In this document: positions 11,013 to 22,426 of the stretch, in pieces | How the letters are laid out: every line of letters starts with the position of its first letter | Position numbering within the stretch: position 1 is the stretch's first letter | Assembly: GCF_000306885.1 (NCBI RefSeq) | Contig: NC_018267.1 | Span: forward strand, 30,001 to 62,000 | Source of the DNA: Wolbachia endosymbiont of Onchocerca ochengi | GTDB taxonomy: Bacteria > Pseudomonadota > Alphaproteobacteria > Rickettsiales > Anaplasmataceae | Length of the DNA stretch: 32,000 bases | Direction of reading: 5' to 3' | The notes under the pieces: model-generated | The model's input: the letters and a program-made list of their open reading frames with translations, nothing else | The model's database searches: none | What the model was told of the DNA's origin: nothing | Position numbers and translations under genes: made by a program

Positions 11013-11489
11013 ATGTCTACATCAATGATCATTGGCCTTGCTTTCTCAGTAGGTTTTATCTTTTCATATAGATTATTAAAGAAATTAATAAAAAATATCC
11101 TTAATAGAGAACGTGACAAGAGCAAGTTTACAAACGAAGAGGTTGAAAAATTCAAAAGAGATATGTTAGAATACTATAAAAAGTCTTCTGAAAAATACAA
11201 AAAATTAGATGCAGAGGTTAATAAAACAATAAATGAAGCACTCGATAAGGCTAACAGAATCATTAAGTATAATAGACAACAACTAGACCAGACGTTGAAT
11301 GAGAACGCTCGCTTCCACTTGAAGAAAGTCACTGACCAAGTTGAAAAAGCTATTGGAGATTTACAAGCTAGTACAGCAAATATAGCAGCTGATGCCGTAA
11401 AAAAAATAATACAAGTACATCAGGATAACAAGCGCAGTAGTGAAATCATATCTTCACTTTCACGTGATCTAAACAAAAAATTACATTAG
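11013..11489 (+). CDS. atpF: F0F1 ATP synthase subunit b
   Basis: Second b-type subunit: one N-terminal TM then a charged coiled coil, directly downstream of b'. Confidence 0.85.
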   Translation: MSTSMIIGLAFSVGFIFSYRLLKKLIKNILNRERDKSKFTNEEVEKFKRDMLEYYKKSSEKYKKLDAEVNKTINEALDKANRIIKYNRQQLDQTLNENARFHLKKVTDQVEKAIGDLQASTANIAADAVKKIIQVHQDNKRSSEIISSLSRDLNKKLH

Positions 11490-12983
11490 GTTCAGTCAGC
11501 AATTTTCTGCCAGTGATATAGAAAAATTTAAGCTCGATTTCAGTTTACATTAAAGAGCAAGAAAAGATTTTTTATTATAAAATAATACCTTTCCTTGGTA
11601 AGGATTAAATAATACTACTTTTTTCTATGATTAAAAATACAAATTAAGGTAATAACTATTGGATCAAAGGTTACTATGATGATAACTGCGTATTGATAAA
11701 GGTAGGTGTAAACAGGTTTTAGATTCTCTTAACCAAAACCTTTAATATTTCAGAATTTGCGAGTAACTATTTATAGTATAAGAACCCCTAATTTCTCATC
11801 CAAGAGCATCAAACTAAGTACGATATTTCTCGCTTTTTTTTATGACTTCAACTTTAATTCCAACAGCAAATTATATATACTTTGCTTTGATGCTTTCATT
11901 TGGATTAGGATGTTCTAACTATTTATTTTAATTTATAACTATATTTTTTAACCTATAGTGACTCTTAACCAAAAAATAAATTGTAATGAGTTAAATGAAG
12001 AAGGTTTTCCCATATGTATATATTATTTTGTTACCTATTTTCAAAGAATAGTACAGTGTAGAACAATTCATTGAAAGTATTAAAAGTTTAAATTATTCAG
12101 AATCAAAATTAGATGTGAAGCTTTTTATAGAAAAGTACAATCAGGAAACACTTACAACTATAGCAAAAATATACTTTATCGCAATACTTTAAAGTAATAA
12201 AAGTGTTTCATTCTTTTCCTAAAACAAAAGCTAAGTCATACAATCATGACATGAACTTTGCTAAGAAAAAAGTGCGCGGCAATATATGATTCAAGTAACA
12301 AGATAGATCCGCTGCAGTTGAAAAACACTAATTGAACTTAATAAATGCGACAACAAGTCAGCCTGCGTGTAGGTGAGTTTAAACAACTACAATTATAGTT
12401 ACAGTTTTCTTATAAAATCTTTTTCTCTAGAATATATGAACTAATTTCAATATTTATTGCCTAGATTTGAAAAAATGAACATATCACCACCTCTAGGTAG
12501 TAGCAGTAACCATTCCTTGTAGAATTTTGAGAAAAGCCCTTTTCTGCAATATTTATAATCTCACTAAAGATGCTGACTTAACAAATTCGGAGATATTGAA
12601 AAAATTACTAACTATTATACTTGTTTGGATTAAGAAAAGAACATGCTGGATCAAATATTATGTGCAAACTTACATTATCTATTAAAAAAACATAAAACCA
12701 TTGAATAAATGCGCTGAATTTAAAGTAATTTTGCTATTGAACCCCTTCATTGGTTCTGCAACTTTATACTTCTCACTACTCCATCTTTATTACTTTCATT
12801 AATGTTAACTCGTATTTTAAATGAATTATTTTTGTATTATTCTATAATAGAGTACATGACTAATTTGACTCTTTTGATAAGAACTATCAATCAGCAAAAT
12901 ATGTCTTTATATTTTTATATAATATCAATATTTTTTCCTACCTACAGTCAGATACATAATAGTATTACATCCTTTCTCGCTTT

Positions 12984-14285
12984 GTGGGAACCAATTATTC
13001 ATCCTCGGCAATGGAACAAAAGCAATCAAAATCTGTAGTCATCTGGCTCTTCCTCTGCTCTATCATGGTGATCATCATGGTGGGGATTGGAGGGTTTACA
13101 AGACTTTCAAAAGCAGGATTATCAATCACAGAGTGGAAACCATTTTCTGGAACATTACCACCATTGAGTGAACAAGATTGGCTGCAAGAAAAATCAAAGT
13201 ACGAGGCTACACCTGAATATAAAATATTTAACTACGGTATCAGTATGAAGGAGTTTCGTACTTTATATCTAATAGAATATATACATAGATTGGTTGCAAG
13301 GCTAACAGGTTTAGCTTTTATTCTGCCATTTATATATTTTCTGCTGAAAAAGAGAATATCTAAAAAGGCAGCAATAAGGCTATCTACAGCACTATTGTTT
13401 GGAATATCACAAGCTCTTGCTGGTTGGTACATGGTCAAAAGTGGGCTAGTATCTGAACCTCATGTCAGTCATTACAGGCTTGCACTTCACTTATTGTTAG
13501 CATTAATTATTTTTGCATTACTATCATATCAATTTTTTGATTACCAAATACGGATCCCAATGTTACGTACACAACAACTATACAAACATTACAATGTAAG
13601 AGTAATTTTCACCAAAAAAGGCATCATCCCAGTGCCCAAACACTGGGATCCAGAAGACTTAACCTTAAACAAACATGTCAAGCGACCATATAGTAAAAGC
13701 TGGACTCCAATGCCGAGTACTGGAATAACACCATTTACTGTGCAATTTACTTTTAAAAGCAAGTACTTGTACAGTTATATGTTATTACATACTAGGATAA
13801 TAGAATCCCAGTTTACTAGTCATAGTACATATCACACAATACTTATTCTGACTCTAGTTACTATACAAATAATCTTTGGTGTTTTTGTTGCAGGATTAAA
13901 TGCTGGTTTAATTTACAATACTTTTCCATTAATGGATGGACAAATCGTTCCAGAAGATTTACTTTCCTTGCAGCCTATATGGCTCAATATCTTTGAAAAT
14001 AGAGCGACAGTGCAATTTATACACCGAGCATTAGCATTGCTAATATTAGTTCTGACAATAATACTTACAATAAAAAATACCAGTGTAAAATCGGTATATG
14101 TTATGCTATTCTCCGTTATTATTCAGATGATTTTAGGGATAGTTACTTTGTTGTTTCACATACCAATAGCCGTTGCTGTAACCCATCAAATATTTTCGTT
14201 TATCTTGTTTGGATCAGGTTTATATTTTTTCTGCTATTTAAGAAAGCAGACCACATCACCAACTTGTACATTTTTTCCTTCTTGA
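12984..14285 (+). CDS. ctaA: Heme A synthase (CtaA/COX15) carrying a large in-frame insertion
   Basis: [57 protein letters not shown] and VTHQI all retained. 433 aa is longer than usual because of about 85-95 extra residues in the central loop. Confidence 0.93.
   Translation: MGTNYSSSAMEQKQSKSVVIWLFLCSIMVIIMVGIGGFTRLSKAGLSITEWKPFSGTLPPLSEQDWLQEKSKYEATPEYKIFNYGISMKEFRTLYLIEYIHRLVARLTGLAFILPFIYFLLKKRISKKAAIRLSTALLFGISQALAGWYMVKSGLVSEPHVSHYRLALHLLLALIIFALLSYQFFDYQIRIPMLRTQQLYKHYNVRVIFTKKGIIPVPKHWDPEDLTLNKHVKRPYSKSWTPMPSTGITPFTVQFTFKSKYLYSYMLLHTRIIESQFTSHSTYHTILILTLVTIQIIFGVFVAGLNAGLIYNTFPLMDGQIVPEDLLSLQPIWLNIFENRATVQFIHRALALLILVLTIILTIKNTSVKSVYVMLFSVIIQMILGIVTLLFHIPIAVAVTHQIFSFILFGSGLYFFCYLRKQTTSPTCTFFPS
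13621..13736 (+). repeat. Wolbachia palindromic element-like insertion inside ctaA
   Basis: Perfect 9-bp inverted repeat atcccagtg(13626-13634)/cactgggat(13641-13649), then related module agctggactccaatgccgagtactggaataaca. Translated in frame as [14 protein letters not shown]...[15 protein letters not shown]. Confidence 0.75.
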
Positions 14286-16519
14286 ACGGGAATATTTTTT
14301 ATCACCATTTCTGATTCAGCACATATAATATTTTCCATCTTCATTGCTTCCACAACAAATAAAGGTTGTCCTACTCCTACCTGATCTCCAACATTTACGT
14401 GTAATTTAACTAATAAACCAGATATTGGAGATTTTACAGCATTTACTGCAACTCTTTCTGTTTCGTTATTTAGCATGAACTTACTTAATCTAGCTATATG
14501 AGGTTTAAACACACAACATTCAGCTTGCATCCCAGCATGTCTTATAAAATATCTACTACCTTGTTTCTCTACCTTTAGTATTATATTGGTATCATCATTA
14601 ATTGTGATAGATAGTAACCTATAACTTAACTTCCACTTACCTATTATAGAGTATGTATTGTGATTATATACTGTTGTTAACACACTATTTTGATACTTTG
14701 CATTTATGGAGTACTCGTTGTTATTTATTCTCACTATGAATAAATCTCTTGCACGACTGCCTGTAGTTCCATCATTATTAGATATTCCCCCAATATTATT
14801 AAGTGTCATTCTAACACCGCAAGGTGTCATCTGAGCAAATGACACTGGAACTAATTCTTCTCCTTTTCTAGATTCTAGTATCACACGCTGGAATGACATT
14901 AAAGACGTTTCATTTACTGCTTTATAATAGCACTTTTCCTCATTTTCCAAATGAACATACAGTACAGCAAAAATAAACACCTTAACATATTCTTCTGTAA
15001 CAAAATCACCGTGAAAACCATTTGGATAATGGTCTGAGATAAACCTCGTATGGAGTTTCGCTGCAACAAAATTTGGATGATGAAAGATGGATTCCAGAAA
15101 TTCTATATTATTTGTTACTCCTTCTATATAACACTCAGACAACGCTTTTTGCATTCTGCCGATTGCCTCTATTCTATCTTTTCCGTACGTTATCACCTTC
15201 ATGATCATTGAATCATAGAACATGCTAATTTCTGAACCTGCAGCAACTCCATCATCTATCCTTACACAGTTGTTAGATTCCTTACACAGCAATTGCTTTG
15301 ATGAAAGGTTAACAACACTACCCAGTGTCACTCCAGCGCATGATACCGAAACCCAATCGTTTTTTTCCTTGATAGCAGTGTTTGATACTGGAATAATAGG
15401 GAGTTGTGTAGAAAAATTTTCATCCGGTTTATTGTAATACCTTATCCTTCCACTAGAAGGAAAAAATTTTTTTGACGGGTCTTCGGCACAAATTCTGCTC
15501 TCTATTGCAGATCCAGTAAGTTTAATATCATCTTGACTAAACCTTAATTTTTCTCCACAAGAGGTTCTAATCATTTCTTCCACTATATCTATTCCTGTAA
15601 CAAACTCTGTTACTGGGTGCTCGACTTGTAACCTAGTATTTACCTCAAGAAAATAGAAATTTTGATTCTTATCTACAACAAACTCAACAGTACCTGCTGA
15701 AAAATAACCAACTTCCTTTGCTAAAGAAACACATTGGATATACATTCCTTGTCTTACCCTCTCACTGATGAACGGGCTTGGAGTTTCCTCTATTATTTTC
15801 TGATTATTTCTTTGTACTGAGCACTCCCTTTCTCCAAGACACACCACATTTCCATATTTATCTGCTATAATCTGTATTTCAATGTGCCGCGATAACTCTA
15901 TATACTTCTCTATAAAGATACTCCTATCTTTAAAACTTTTTTCTGCTTCGTTTGTTGCTGATATAAATGCTAATTCAATTTCCTTTTTGGAGCTTACAAC
16001 TCGCATGCCTTTACCGCCACCACCTAAAGCAGCTTTCAGTATAACGGGAAATCCAATCTCCTCAGCAACGCTAGCTGCATGGGCAGCATCATTGATCTTA
16101 CCTATATATCCCGGTACCGCATTGACCCCAGCCCTCTTTGCTGCCTCCTTTGCTGTTATTTTATTAGCTATCACTTCTATTGTTTCTGCACTTGGACCAA
16201 TAAAATCTATACTGTATCTTTGCAAAGCACGTGGAAAATCTGGGTTTTCTGCCAAAAAGCCATAACCGGGATGAACTGCCTGCACACCTGTTTCAACTGC
16301 TGCTTCACATATCTTTTCAATGTTTAAATAACTTAGATAAGAAGGCGAAGGACCAATGTACCTCGACTCATCTGCTTGTCTTACATGCACAGAATTTACA
16401 TCTGCATCTGAATACACGCACACACAAGATATACCTACTCTATGGGCAGTTCTGATGATCCTACAAGCAATCTCTCCCCTGTTTGCTATTAAAATTTTAC
16501 AGTACTTTCTTTCCATCAC
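14234..16519 (-). CDS. pccA: Acetyl/propionyl-CoA carboxylase alpha subunit (biotin carboxylase + biotinyl domain) with an in-frame insertion
   Basis: [49 protein letters not shown], and terminal biotinyl motif EAMKMEN. 761 aa. Confidence 0.95.
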   Translation of the reverse strand: MMERKYCKILIANRGEIACRIIRTAHRVGISCVCVYSDADVNSVHVRQADESRYIGPSPSYLSYLNIEKICEAAVETGVQAVHPGYGFLAENPDFPRALQRYSIDFIGPSAETIEVIANKITAKEAAKRAGVNAVPGYIGKINDAAHAASVAEEIGFPVILKAALGGGGKGMRVVSSKKEIELAFISATNEAEKSFKDRSIFIEKYIELSRHIEIQIIADKYGNVVCLGERECSVQRNNQKIIEETPSPFISERVRQGMYIQCVSLAKEVGYFSAGTVEFVVDKNQNFYFLEVNTRLQVEHPVTEFVTGIDIVEEMIRTSCGEKLRFSQDDIKLTGSAIESRICAEDPSKKFFPSSGRIRYYNKPDENFSTQLPIIPVSNTAIKEKNDWVSVSCAGVTLGSVVNLSSKQLLCKESNNCVRIDDGVAAGSEISMFYDSMIMKVITYGKDRIEAIGRMQKALSECYIEGVTNNIEFLESIFHHPNFVAAKLHTRFISDHYPNGFHGDFVTEEYVKVFIFAVLYVHLENEEKCYYKAVNETSLMSFQRVILESRKGEELVPVSFAQMTPCGVRMTLNNIGGISNNDGTTGSRARDLFIVRINNNEYSINAKYQNSVLTTVYNHNTYSIIGKWKLSYRLLSITINDDTNIILKVEKQGSRYFIRHAGMQAECCVFKPHIARLSKFMLNNETERVAVNAVKSPISGLLVKLHVNVGDQVGVGQPLFVVEAMKMENIICAESEMVIKNIPVQEGKNVQVGDVVCFLK
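15316..15402 (-). repeat. Wolbachia palindromic element-like insertion inside pccA
   Basis: Minus strand tattattccagtatcaaacactgctatcaaggaaaaaaacgattgggtttcggtatcatgcgctggagtgacactgggtagt. Imperfect inverted repeat around a poly-A/T centre, translated [28 protein letters not shown] between PSSGRIRYY and VRIDDGV. Confidence 0.72.
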
Positions 16520-17280
16520 TGCATAAGTCTACTTTCTTAAATTGAGAAAGCAAATTTCTATGTCGCTGCTACAAATAAACTCTAACCTCATATCATAGAC
16601 ATACAGATCATTCAGAAGCTATTGTAGCTACTTAAGCTAGTACAAAATATTGAGAACCAAAAAATAAAAAGTATAAGAACAAATACAAGGCAGTAATGCA
16701 TGCTATAACTCCTACTATATAAATATAAACATAGAAGCCACTCTTTATGCTTGTAGCCTACTTAATTTCCCTCCATTTTATAATACCTGAGAAATAAATA
16801 GTGCTACACCACTCTCCAATTATTCCTTAACATAACCTTTATTTCTTTGTATATATTCTCAATATACTCCATCTTTAATTTTTTCCACTTCCTCTTAATT
16901 TTTAGCTTCCTCTGCCTTTTAAACCTTACTCTTAGGCACCTTCTTCTAAGTCTTTCATAACCTCTTTGAGTAGGTGTAGGATTCTGTCATTTATTCACTA
17001 TATTTAAAAATGGATTACTATTTTCATCAAGCCTACTTAGCTACATAAACAACATTCTCTTTATAAATTCTGACAAATTTACCTTTATCTCCTTTTCTTA
17101 TAGCATTAAGTCAATAAGCCATTAGATTGAACCATAACATGCCCTTCTATATTTAATTAATATTAAGTTATATACTATAATTCATAAAAAATATGACTTT
17201 ATCTTTTGAAATAAATAAATTATAAATTGTTATAAGCATAAATTTCAGCCATAATTATTTATATTACCGTAACAGCAAAT

Positions 17281-18645
17281 ATGCTAAGCATAATCACTAG
17301 ATTTGCTCCATCTCCAACAGGTTTTTTGCACATTGGTGGAGCTCGCACTGCTTTATTCAATTGGCTCTACGCAAAGCATCATGGTGGTAAGTTTTTACTA
17401 AGGATTGAGGACACTGACAAGAAACGATCAACACAAAAGGCAATTAATGCAATAATAGACGGCCTGAAATGGCTTGATGTGAATTATGATGAAGAAATAA
17501 TATACCAATCAAAAAGAACAGAGAGGTATGTTGAAGTTGCAAACCTTTTAGTCAAAAGAGGTAAGGCGTATTACTGCTATTGCCCTGAAAATAAAGTTGC
17601 AGAAAAGAAAGCAAAAGCAAGAGAAGAAGGAAAGATATACAAGCATAAATGCTTCAATGTAACACCAAATGTAAAGCCTGTTGTTCGATTTAAAGTCCCA
17701 GATTCACAAGATATCGTTGTTAACGATAAAATATACGGTCAAATTAAAGTAAATAGCAAACAAATTGATGACATAGTAATTTTACGTTCTGACAACACTC
17801 CAACATATATTTTTGCCGTGGTGATTGATGATCATGATACTAGAATAACTGATATAATACGTGGTTCTGACCATCTTACTAATACTTTTAAACAATTACT
17901 GATATATCAAGCCCTTGATTTTGATATCCCACGCTTTGCACATGTACCGCTGATTCACCAGGAGAATGGAAATAAGCTATCTAAAAGACATGGTGCAACA
18001 AGCATTTGCGATTATAAAAAAATGGGAATATTACCAGAGGCAATGCGCAACTACTTACTAAGACTTGGCTGGAGTCATGGAAACGATGAGATTATCAGTA
18101 GTGAGCAGGCAGTAGAGTGGTTCAATTTAGAAAACATTGGTCGTTCACCTGCACGCCTAGATTTTAAAAAGCTGAAATACTTAAATAATCACTATATTAA
18201 TAACATGAGCAATAAAGACATTCTGACTCTAATACTTAGAGAAAATACTCTAAACGATAAAAAAAAGAACTATTTACTACACGGGCTAACGGAACTAAAA
18301 AAAAGAGCAAGCTACCTGAACGAATTATTGGATTTAGCACAGTTTTATATTCAAGATCCACCACTTGATTTAAACAAAGAAGCCGAGCAAATTGTCAAAT
18401 CTAACCTCGATACAATCAAATTACTTGCGTCATTTCTCTTGAGAATTAGTCATGAAAACTGGAACAAGAACTCTCTACCTTCTCAAGTCAAGGAGTTTTC
18501 AAAGTTACATAATGTTAAAATAAGTGATGTGTACCACTCATTACGCGCCCCTATAACCGGAACAATGGATGCACCTGGGATCATCAATATAATGGTAACT
18601 CTTGGTAGAGACGAGTGTATAAGAAGACTACGGAACTATAGCTGA
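17281..18645 (+). CDS. gltX: Glutamyl-tRNA synthetase
   Basis: RFAPSPTGFLHIGGARTALFNWLYAKHHGG and KLSKRHGA motifs. 454 aa. Confidence 0.96.
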   Translation: MLSIITRFAPSPTGFLHIGGARTALFNWLYAKHHGGKFLLRIEDTDKKRSTQKAINAIIDGLKWLDVNYDEEIIYQSKRTERYVEVANLLVKRGKAYYCYCPENKVAEKKAKAREEGKIYKHKCFNVTPNVKPVVRFKVPDSQDIVVNDKIYGQIKVNSKQIDDIVILRSDNTPTYIFAVVIDDHDTRITDIIRGSDHLTNTFKQLLIYQALDFDIPRFAHVPLIHQENGNKLSKRHGATSICDYKKMGILPEAMRNYLLRLGWSHGNDEIISSEQAVEWFNLENIGRSPARLDFKKLKYLNNHYINNMSNKDILTLILRENTLNDKKKNYLLHGLTELKKRASYLNELLDLAQFYIQDPPLDLNKEAEQIVKSNLDTIKLLASFLLRISHENWNKNSLPSQVKEFSKLHNVKISDVYHSLRAPITGTMDAPGIINIMVTLGRDECIRRLRNYS

Positions 18646-18675
18646 AGTTTGCCTTTTAAACGTATAGAATGTTAA

Positions 18676-19719
18676 CTAACTACCGATTAACATTGCCTTA
18701 AAAAGAGTACCCATATTTTCAGTTAACCTTAAAAACTCACTAAAAATTCTATTCTTATGTTCATCATTTGCATTTTTGATTAAAGTTTGTACCCTTTCCT
18801 TTATACCAAAAAGATATAAAAATTCTCTTTGAGTTAAAATTTCACACTCTATGTGTTTTAATGCGTCCTTCAATGCTTGAAAATTCACAAGCGCAGTAAT
18901 ATCATTATCACCAACATCTTCAAGAAAATTGGCATACCTGTGTTGTCTGATAGACTGTAAAGTGCTTTTATATGTAGGATATACATAGCCATAATCTATA
19001 ACTATAGCAGCCCCTCTGTTACTAACTATTTTTTCTTCAAGTTTTTTGAATATCTCAATTCCAGCTGAACATATTTCCACCACTGCACCATTAAAAAGCT
19101 CTTCATTCGGCATTTGAGTAGTTAATAGTGAAACATAGGATTTTTCCTTTCTGGATTCTAGTATTAGGCACTGAAACAATACCCCATCATCCCGCCTTGT
19201 TATCCTATTTTCATACCACTCACCATTATGATACACAAATTGATCTATAGGAAGAGCATCAAAGAATTCATTTGCTAAGAAAATAGTTGGCTGCTCCGGC
19301 AAATCATTAATATCTACGTGCCAATTAATATTTGATTCTTTTAATTTCCCCTTCTGTATCTTCTGTAAAGTAGGGCTGATCTCAATTAGGTGAATAGCCA
19401 TTGATCTAAAAAAATTACTGTGTTTTTTAGTGACTCTTATTATATCGTGAATAAGTGTTCCTTCGCCTGGCCCAAGTTCAACTAGAGAAAATTTTAGCGG
19501 CTTTCCTAATTTTTCCCACATATACATTACCCAAACTGCAATTATTTCACCAAATAATTGACTGATTTCAGGAGCTGTGATAAAATCATTATTTTTACCA
19601 AGTGGTGACCTATTCATATAATAGCCATGTTTTTTATGGTATAGAACAGCATTCATAAAGTCACTGATAGGTATTGACCCTTGGTTTTGATCAATTAATT
19701 TATATATATAAGAGAGCAT
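18676..19719 (-). CDS. MidA/NDUFAF7-family SAM-dependent methyltransferase
   Basis: NDFITAPEISQLFGEIIAVWVMYMWEKLG, VELGPGEGTLIHDI, NEFFDALPIDQF and VIDYGY are family motifs. Confidence 0.9.
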   Translation of the reverse strand: MLSYIYKLIDQNQGSIPISDFMNAVLYHKKHGYYMNRSPLGKNNDFITAPEISQLFGEIIAVWVMYMWEKLGKPLKFSLVELGPGEGTLIHDIIRVTKKHSNFFRSMAIHLIEISPTLQKIQKGKLKESNINWHVDINDLPEQPTIFLANEFFDALPIDQFVYHNGEWYENRITRRDDGVLFQCLILESRKEKSYVSLLTTQMPNEELFNGAVVEICSAGIEIFKKLEEKIVSNRGAAIVIDYGYVYPTYKSTLQSIRQHRYANFLEDVGDNDITALVNFQALKDALKHIECEILTQREFLYLFGIKERVQTLIKNANDEHKNRIFSEFLRLTENMGTLFKAMLIGS

Positions 19720-19822
19720 ATATTAATAAATGTTTAATCATCGCGTGTCACAATACAAATTAGTAGAGTATTTATATCTATAGTATAAACTTTAAGAGCT
19801 TATTAACAATAGTGCTTCGATT

Positions 19823-20197
19823 ATGAGCGATCAGGATATTAACAATTATACTATTTTTATAAACCCAGATGATAGTATTGAATGTAAACTTGATGAAACT
19901 GTCAATTTTATAGAAAATAAGGTTATAAGCACTGATGGGTTAACTCTAATAGAAGTATTTCAAGCACTAGTTCAAATGCTAAACGGCGATTCAGAAGTAG
20001 TAAAAAAAGTACTAGCATATGCCAATATTATGGCAAAACATGGAACAAAAATAGCGAAAGAATCACAACCAAGTAGAGCTGAAGTTCTTCGATTTCTTAG
20101 AGGTAAAGAAAATGTTGCCAGCAGACAAGAACCTGTAAAGAAGCCATCCCCTACACCTGCTGTAAAATCAATCAAAAAGAAAATTAGAGGTTTTTAG
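19823..20197 (+). CDS. Conserved hypothetical protein (first gene of a two-gene cassette)
   Basis: 124 aa ORF with acidic N-terminus and Pro/Lys-rich C-terminus, immediately followed by the next ORF with 0-nt spacing. Confidence 0.75.
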   Translation: MSDQDINNYTIFINPDDSIECKLDETVNFIENKVISTDGLTLIEVFQALVQMLNGDSEVVKKVLAYANIMAKHGTKIAKESQPSRAEVLRFLRGKENVASRQEPVKKPSPTPAVKSIKKKIRGF

Positions 20198-20482
20198 ATG
20201 GCTAATTCTATAAAAAAATTTACTGTGCAATGTGACTTCAAAGGACAAACTTCACCTTTTACGATATACATAGGAAACCCAAAAAGTGACACTCATCCGA
20301 TTCACCATCAAGATTCCTGGCTCGTAAGAGAACGTGGAGGTAATATTCCTAGTAAAGTAAAAGAAAGCCTGCAAAAATTGCACAAATTATCTAAAGAAAA
20401 TGGAATCTCTTTTTCAGAGTTATGTGCATATGCCATAACAGTGATTAACAATAGTGGTAAAACAAGCAATAGCAAAAAATAG
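20198..20482 (+). CDS. Small hypothetical protein, probable DUF2610 family
   Basis: KKFTVQCDFKGQTSPFTIYIGNPKSDTHPIHHQDSWLVRERGGNIPSKVKESLQKLHKLSKENGISFSELCAYA matches the family pattern as recalled. Confidence 0.75.
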   Translation: MANSIKKFTVQCDFKGQTSPFTIYIGNPKSDTHPIHHQDSWLVRERGGNIPSKVKESLQKLHKLSKENGISFSELCAYAITVINNSGKTSNSKK

Positions 20483-21595
20483 CATATTATATTCCTAGTA
20501 TCTATTTTTTGTTATCTAAATCTTACACCAAGATTCATACAAATCTCCAATTTATAAAACGTTACATTACTTGTATTTTATCAGCATAGCATAAAAGCAA
20601 TTTAATACAGATATAATTAAATGCTGATGAAATTTATACTAAACTATTCAGTTGCCCTTAAAATTGTTATCTCCCTCATAGAGATAAAAATAAGATCAAA
20701 GGCATTGTATAGTTTTAACTCAAGTTGAACAATGAACAGTAAAGAAAGTATCTCTTGCTAAGAAAAGGCCATTCAAAAACTTCATACCCTGATAAGGCAA
20801 GTAGAAAATCTAAAGCAAAGCCAACATCATATTATGTGAACGAAATGTTATTCATGACATTTGTACACGAACAATTATTCATATTTCGTGGAAGCAGAGA
20901 ATGTACCAATGCCAAGGCTTATGAGTGTTAGGTATGGTAATTAGATTCATGACAGCAAACAAGTGCCATGTTCAATCATCATAGATACCAAGCATTATTA
21001 ATTTATAATAATTTATCCCCCTACCCAAAGGTGACAACTATTATACTATAAGACTGCTAATTATGTTAATTCTACATCTTAGCAAATACAACCAAGGAAC
21101 TTTTACTTATTGGAAGAACATTACGCTAAAATCTAGCAGCTTATTATAAAGCGATGATTAATAGGGATGCCCATCATACAATACTCTATACAAGACAAAC
21201 TGAAGCATGTTCTTAGTGGATTGATTATTTTATAAGGAAGGGTGTGTGTGATATCAATTGTATTTAAGACTGTTTCACAGTATATAAACAGGGAAAAATA
21301 CCAGTTTGATTAGACTGTAACCTTATACGTAAATCAGATCATAAGCAACATAAAGCCACAGAGCTTATTCTGTAAAAATAGATAAAAATAGGATTTATAG
21401 AAATTACAGGTTTTTCTAATAGAGAAAGAAAATATAAACCTAGTAAGTAATATAAAAACTTGATCCTTAAACTATAAAAGACAAGATTCAATCTAATAAA
21501 TTGAAATTAACTAACAGAGAATTATTACAGCTAATTGCTTACAGTTGTATGATACCATTTACTATATAATGTAGCATCTATTATAAAGATATAAC

Positions 21596-22426
21596 CTAAC
21601 CCCTCAATATGTCATTTACAGAAGTTTTCGACCTTGTCTTTGCATCCACTTTTTTTACTATAACTGCACAATATGTTGAAATGTTATTTTTAGATGAAAT
21701 AGATCCTGGTACTACTACAGAGTAAGGAGGTACTTCACCGTAAAATACTTTACCGGTTTCTCTATCAATAATTTTTGTTGATGCTCCAATAAAAACTCCC
21801 ATACCTAAAACTGATCCTTCTCTTATTATAACACTTTCAGCCACCTCGCTACGCGCTCCTATAAAACAATTATCCTCTATAATAACTGGAAAAGCTTGAA
21901 TAGGTTCTAAAACTCCACCAATTCCCACCCCTCCAGAAATATGACAATCCTTTCCTATTTGCGCACAGCTACCAACTGTTGACCAAGTATCTATCATTGT
22001 ACCCGAACCGATATAAGCACCAACGTTAATAAAGCTTGGCATAAGAACAACATTTGTATCTATATAAGCAGACTGACGAACAAAACATCCAGGAACTACT
22101 CTAATTTTTGATTGGCGAAATTTTTCCTCATTCCATCCATTAAACTTATTGTTAGTCTTGTCAAACCACCAATTGTTATTGCCTACTACTTTACTTTCCT
22201 CAGTAAGAAAGTATAATAATATTGCCTGCTTTACCCACATATGTACCACCCACTTTCCGTTTGATAGCTTCTCTGCTACTCTAATTTTACCACAATCAAG
22301 AAGATTAACTATCTCTTCAACTAGAGCTCTTGCTGTTATTTTTACATTACAGTCAATAAGTTCATTTCTATTTCTCCAAATATTTTCTACATCATTCTGC
22401 ATTTTATCTAGTTGCAAGTTTTCCAT
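21596..22426 (-). CDS. dapD: 2,3,4,5-tetrahydropyridine-2,6-dicarboxylate N-succinyltransferase
   Basis: Left-handed beta-helix hexapeptides: [47 protein letters not shown] and [14 protein letters not shown]. Confidence 0.96.
   Translation of the reverse strand: MENLQLDKMQNDVENIWRNRNELIDCNVKITARALVEEIVNLLDCGKIRVAEKLSNGKWVVHMWVKQAILLYFLTEESKVVGNNNWWFDKTNNKFNGWNEEKFRQSKIRVVPGCFVRQSAYIDTNVVLMPSFINVGAYIGSGTMIDTWSTVGSCAQIGKDCHISGGVGIGGVLEPIQAFPVIIEDNCFIGARSEVAESVIIREGSVLGMGVFIGASTKIIDRETGKVFYGEVPPYSVVVPGSISSKNNISTYCAVIVKKVDAKTRSKTSVNDILRG

Noticed and set aside
12802-13038. 78-aa plus-strand ORF upstream of ctaA
   Set aside because: Overlaps the ctaA start, rich in Ile/Tyr/Phe as expected from random AT-rich sequence, no domain.
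15882-16265. 127-aa plus-strand ORF within pccA
   Set aside because: Antisense to the conserved biotin carboxylase domain.
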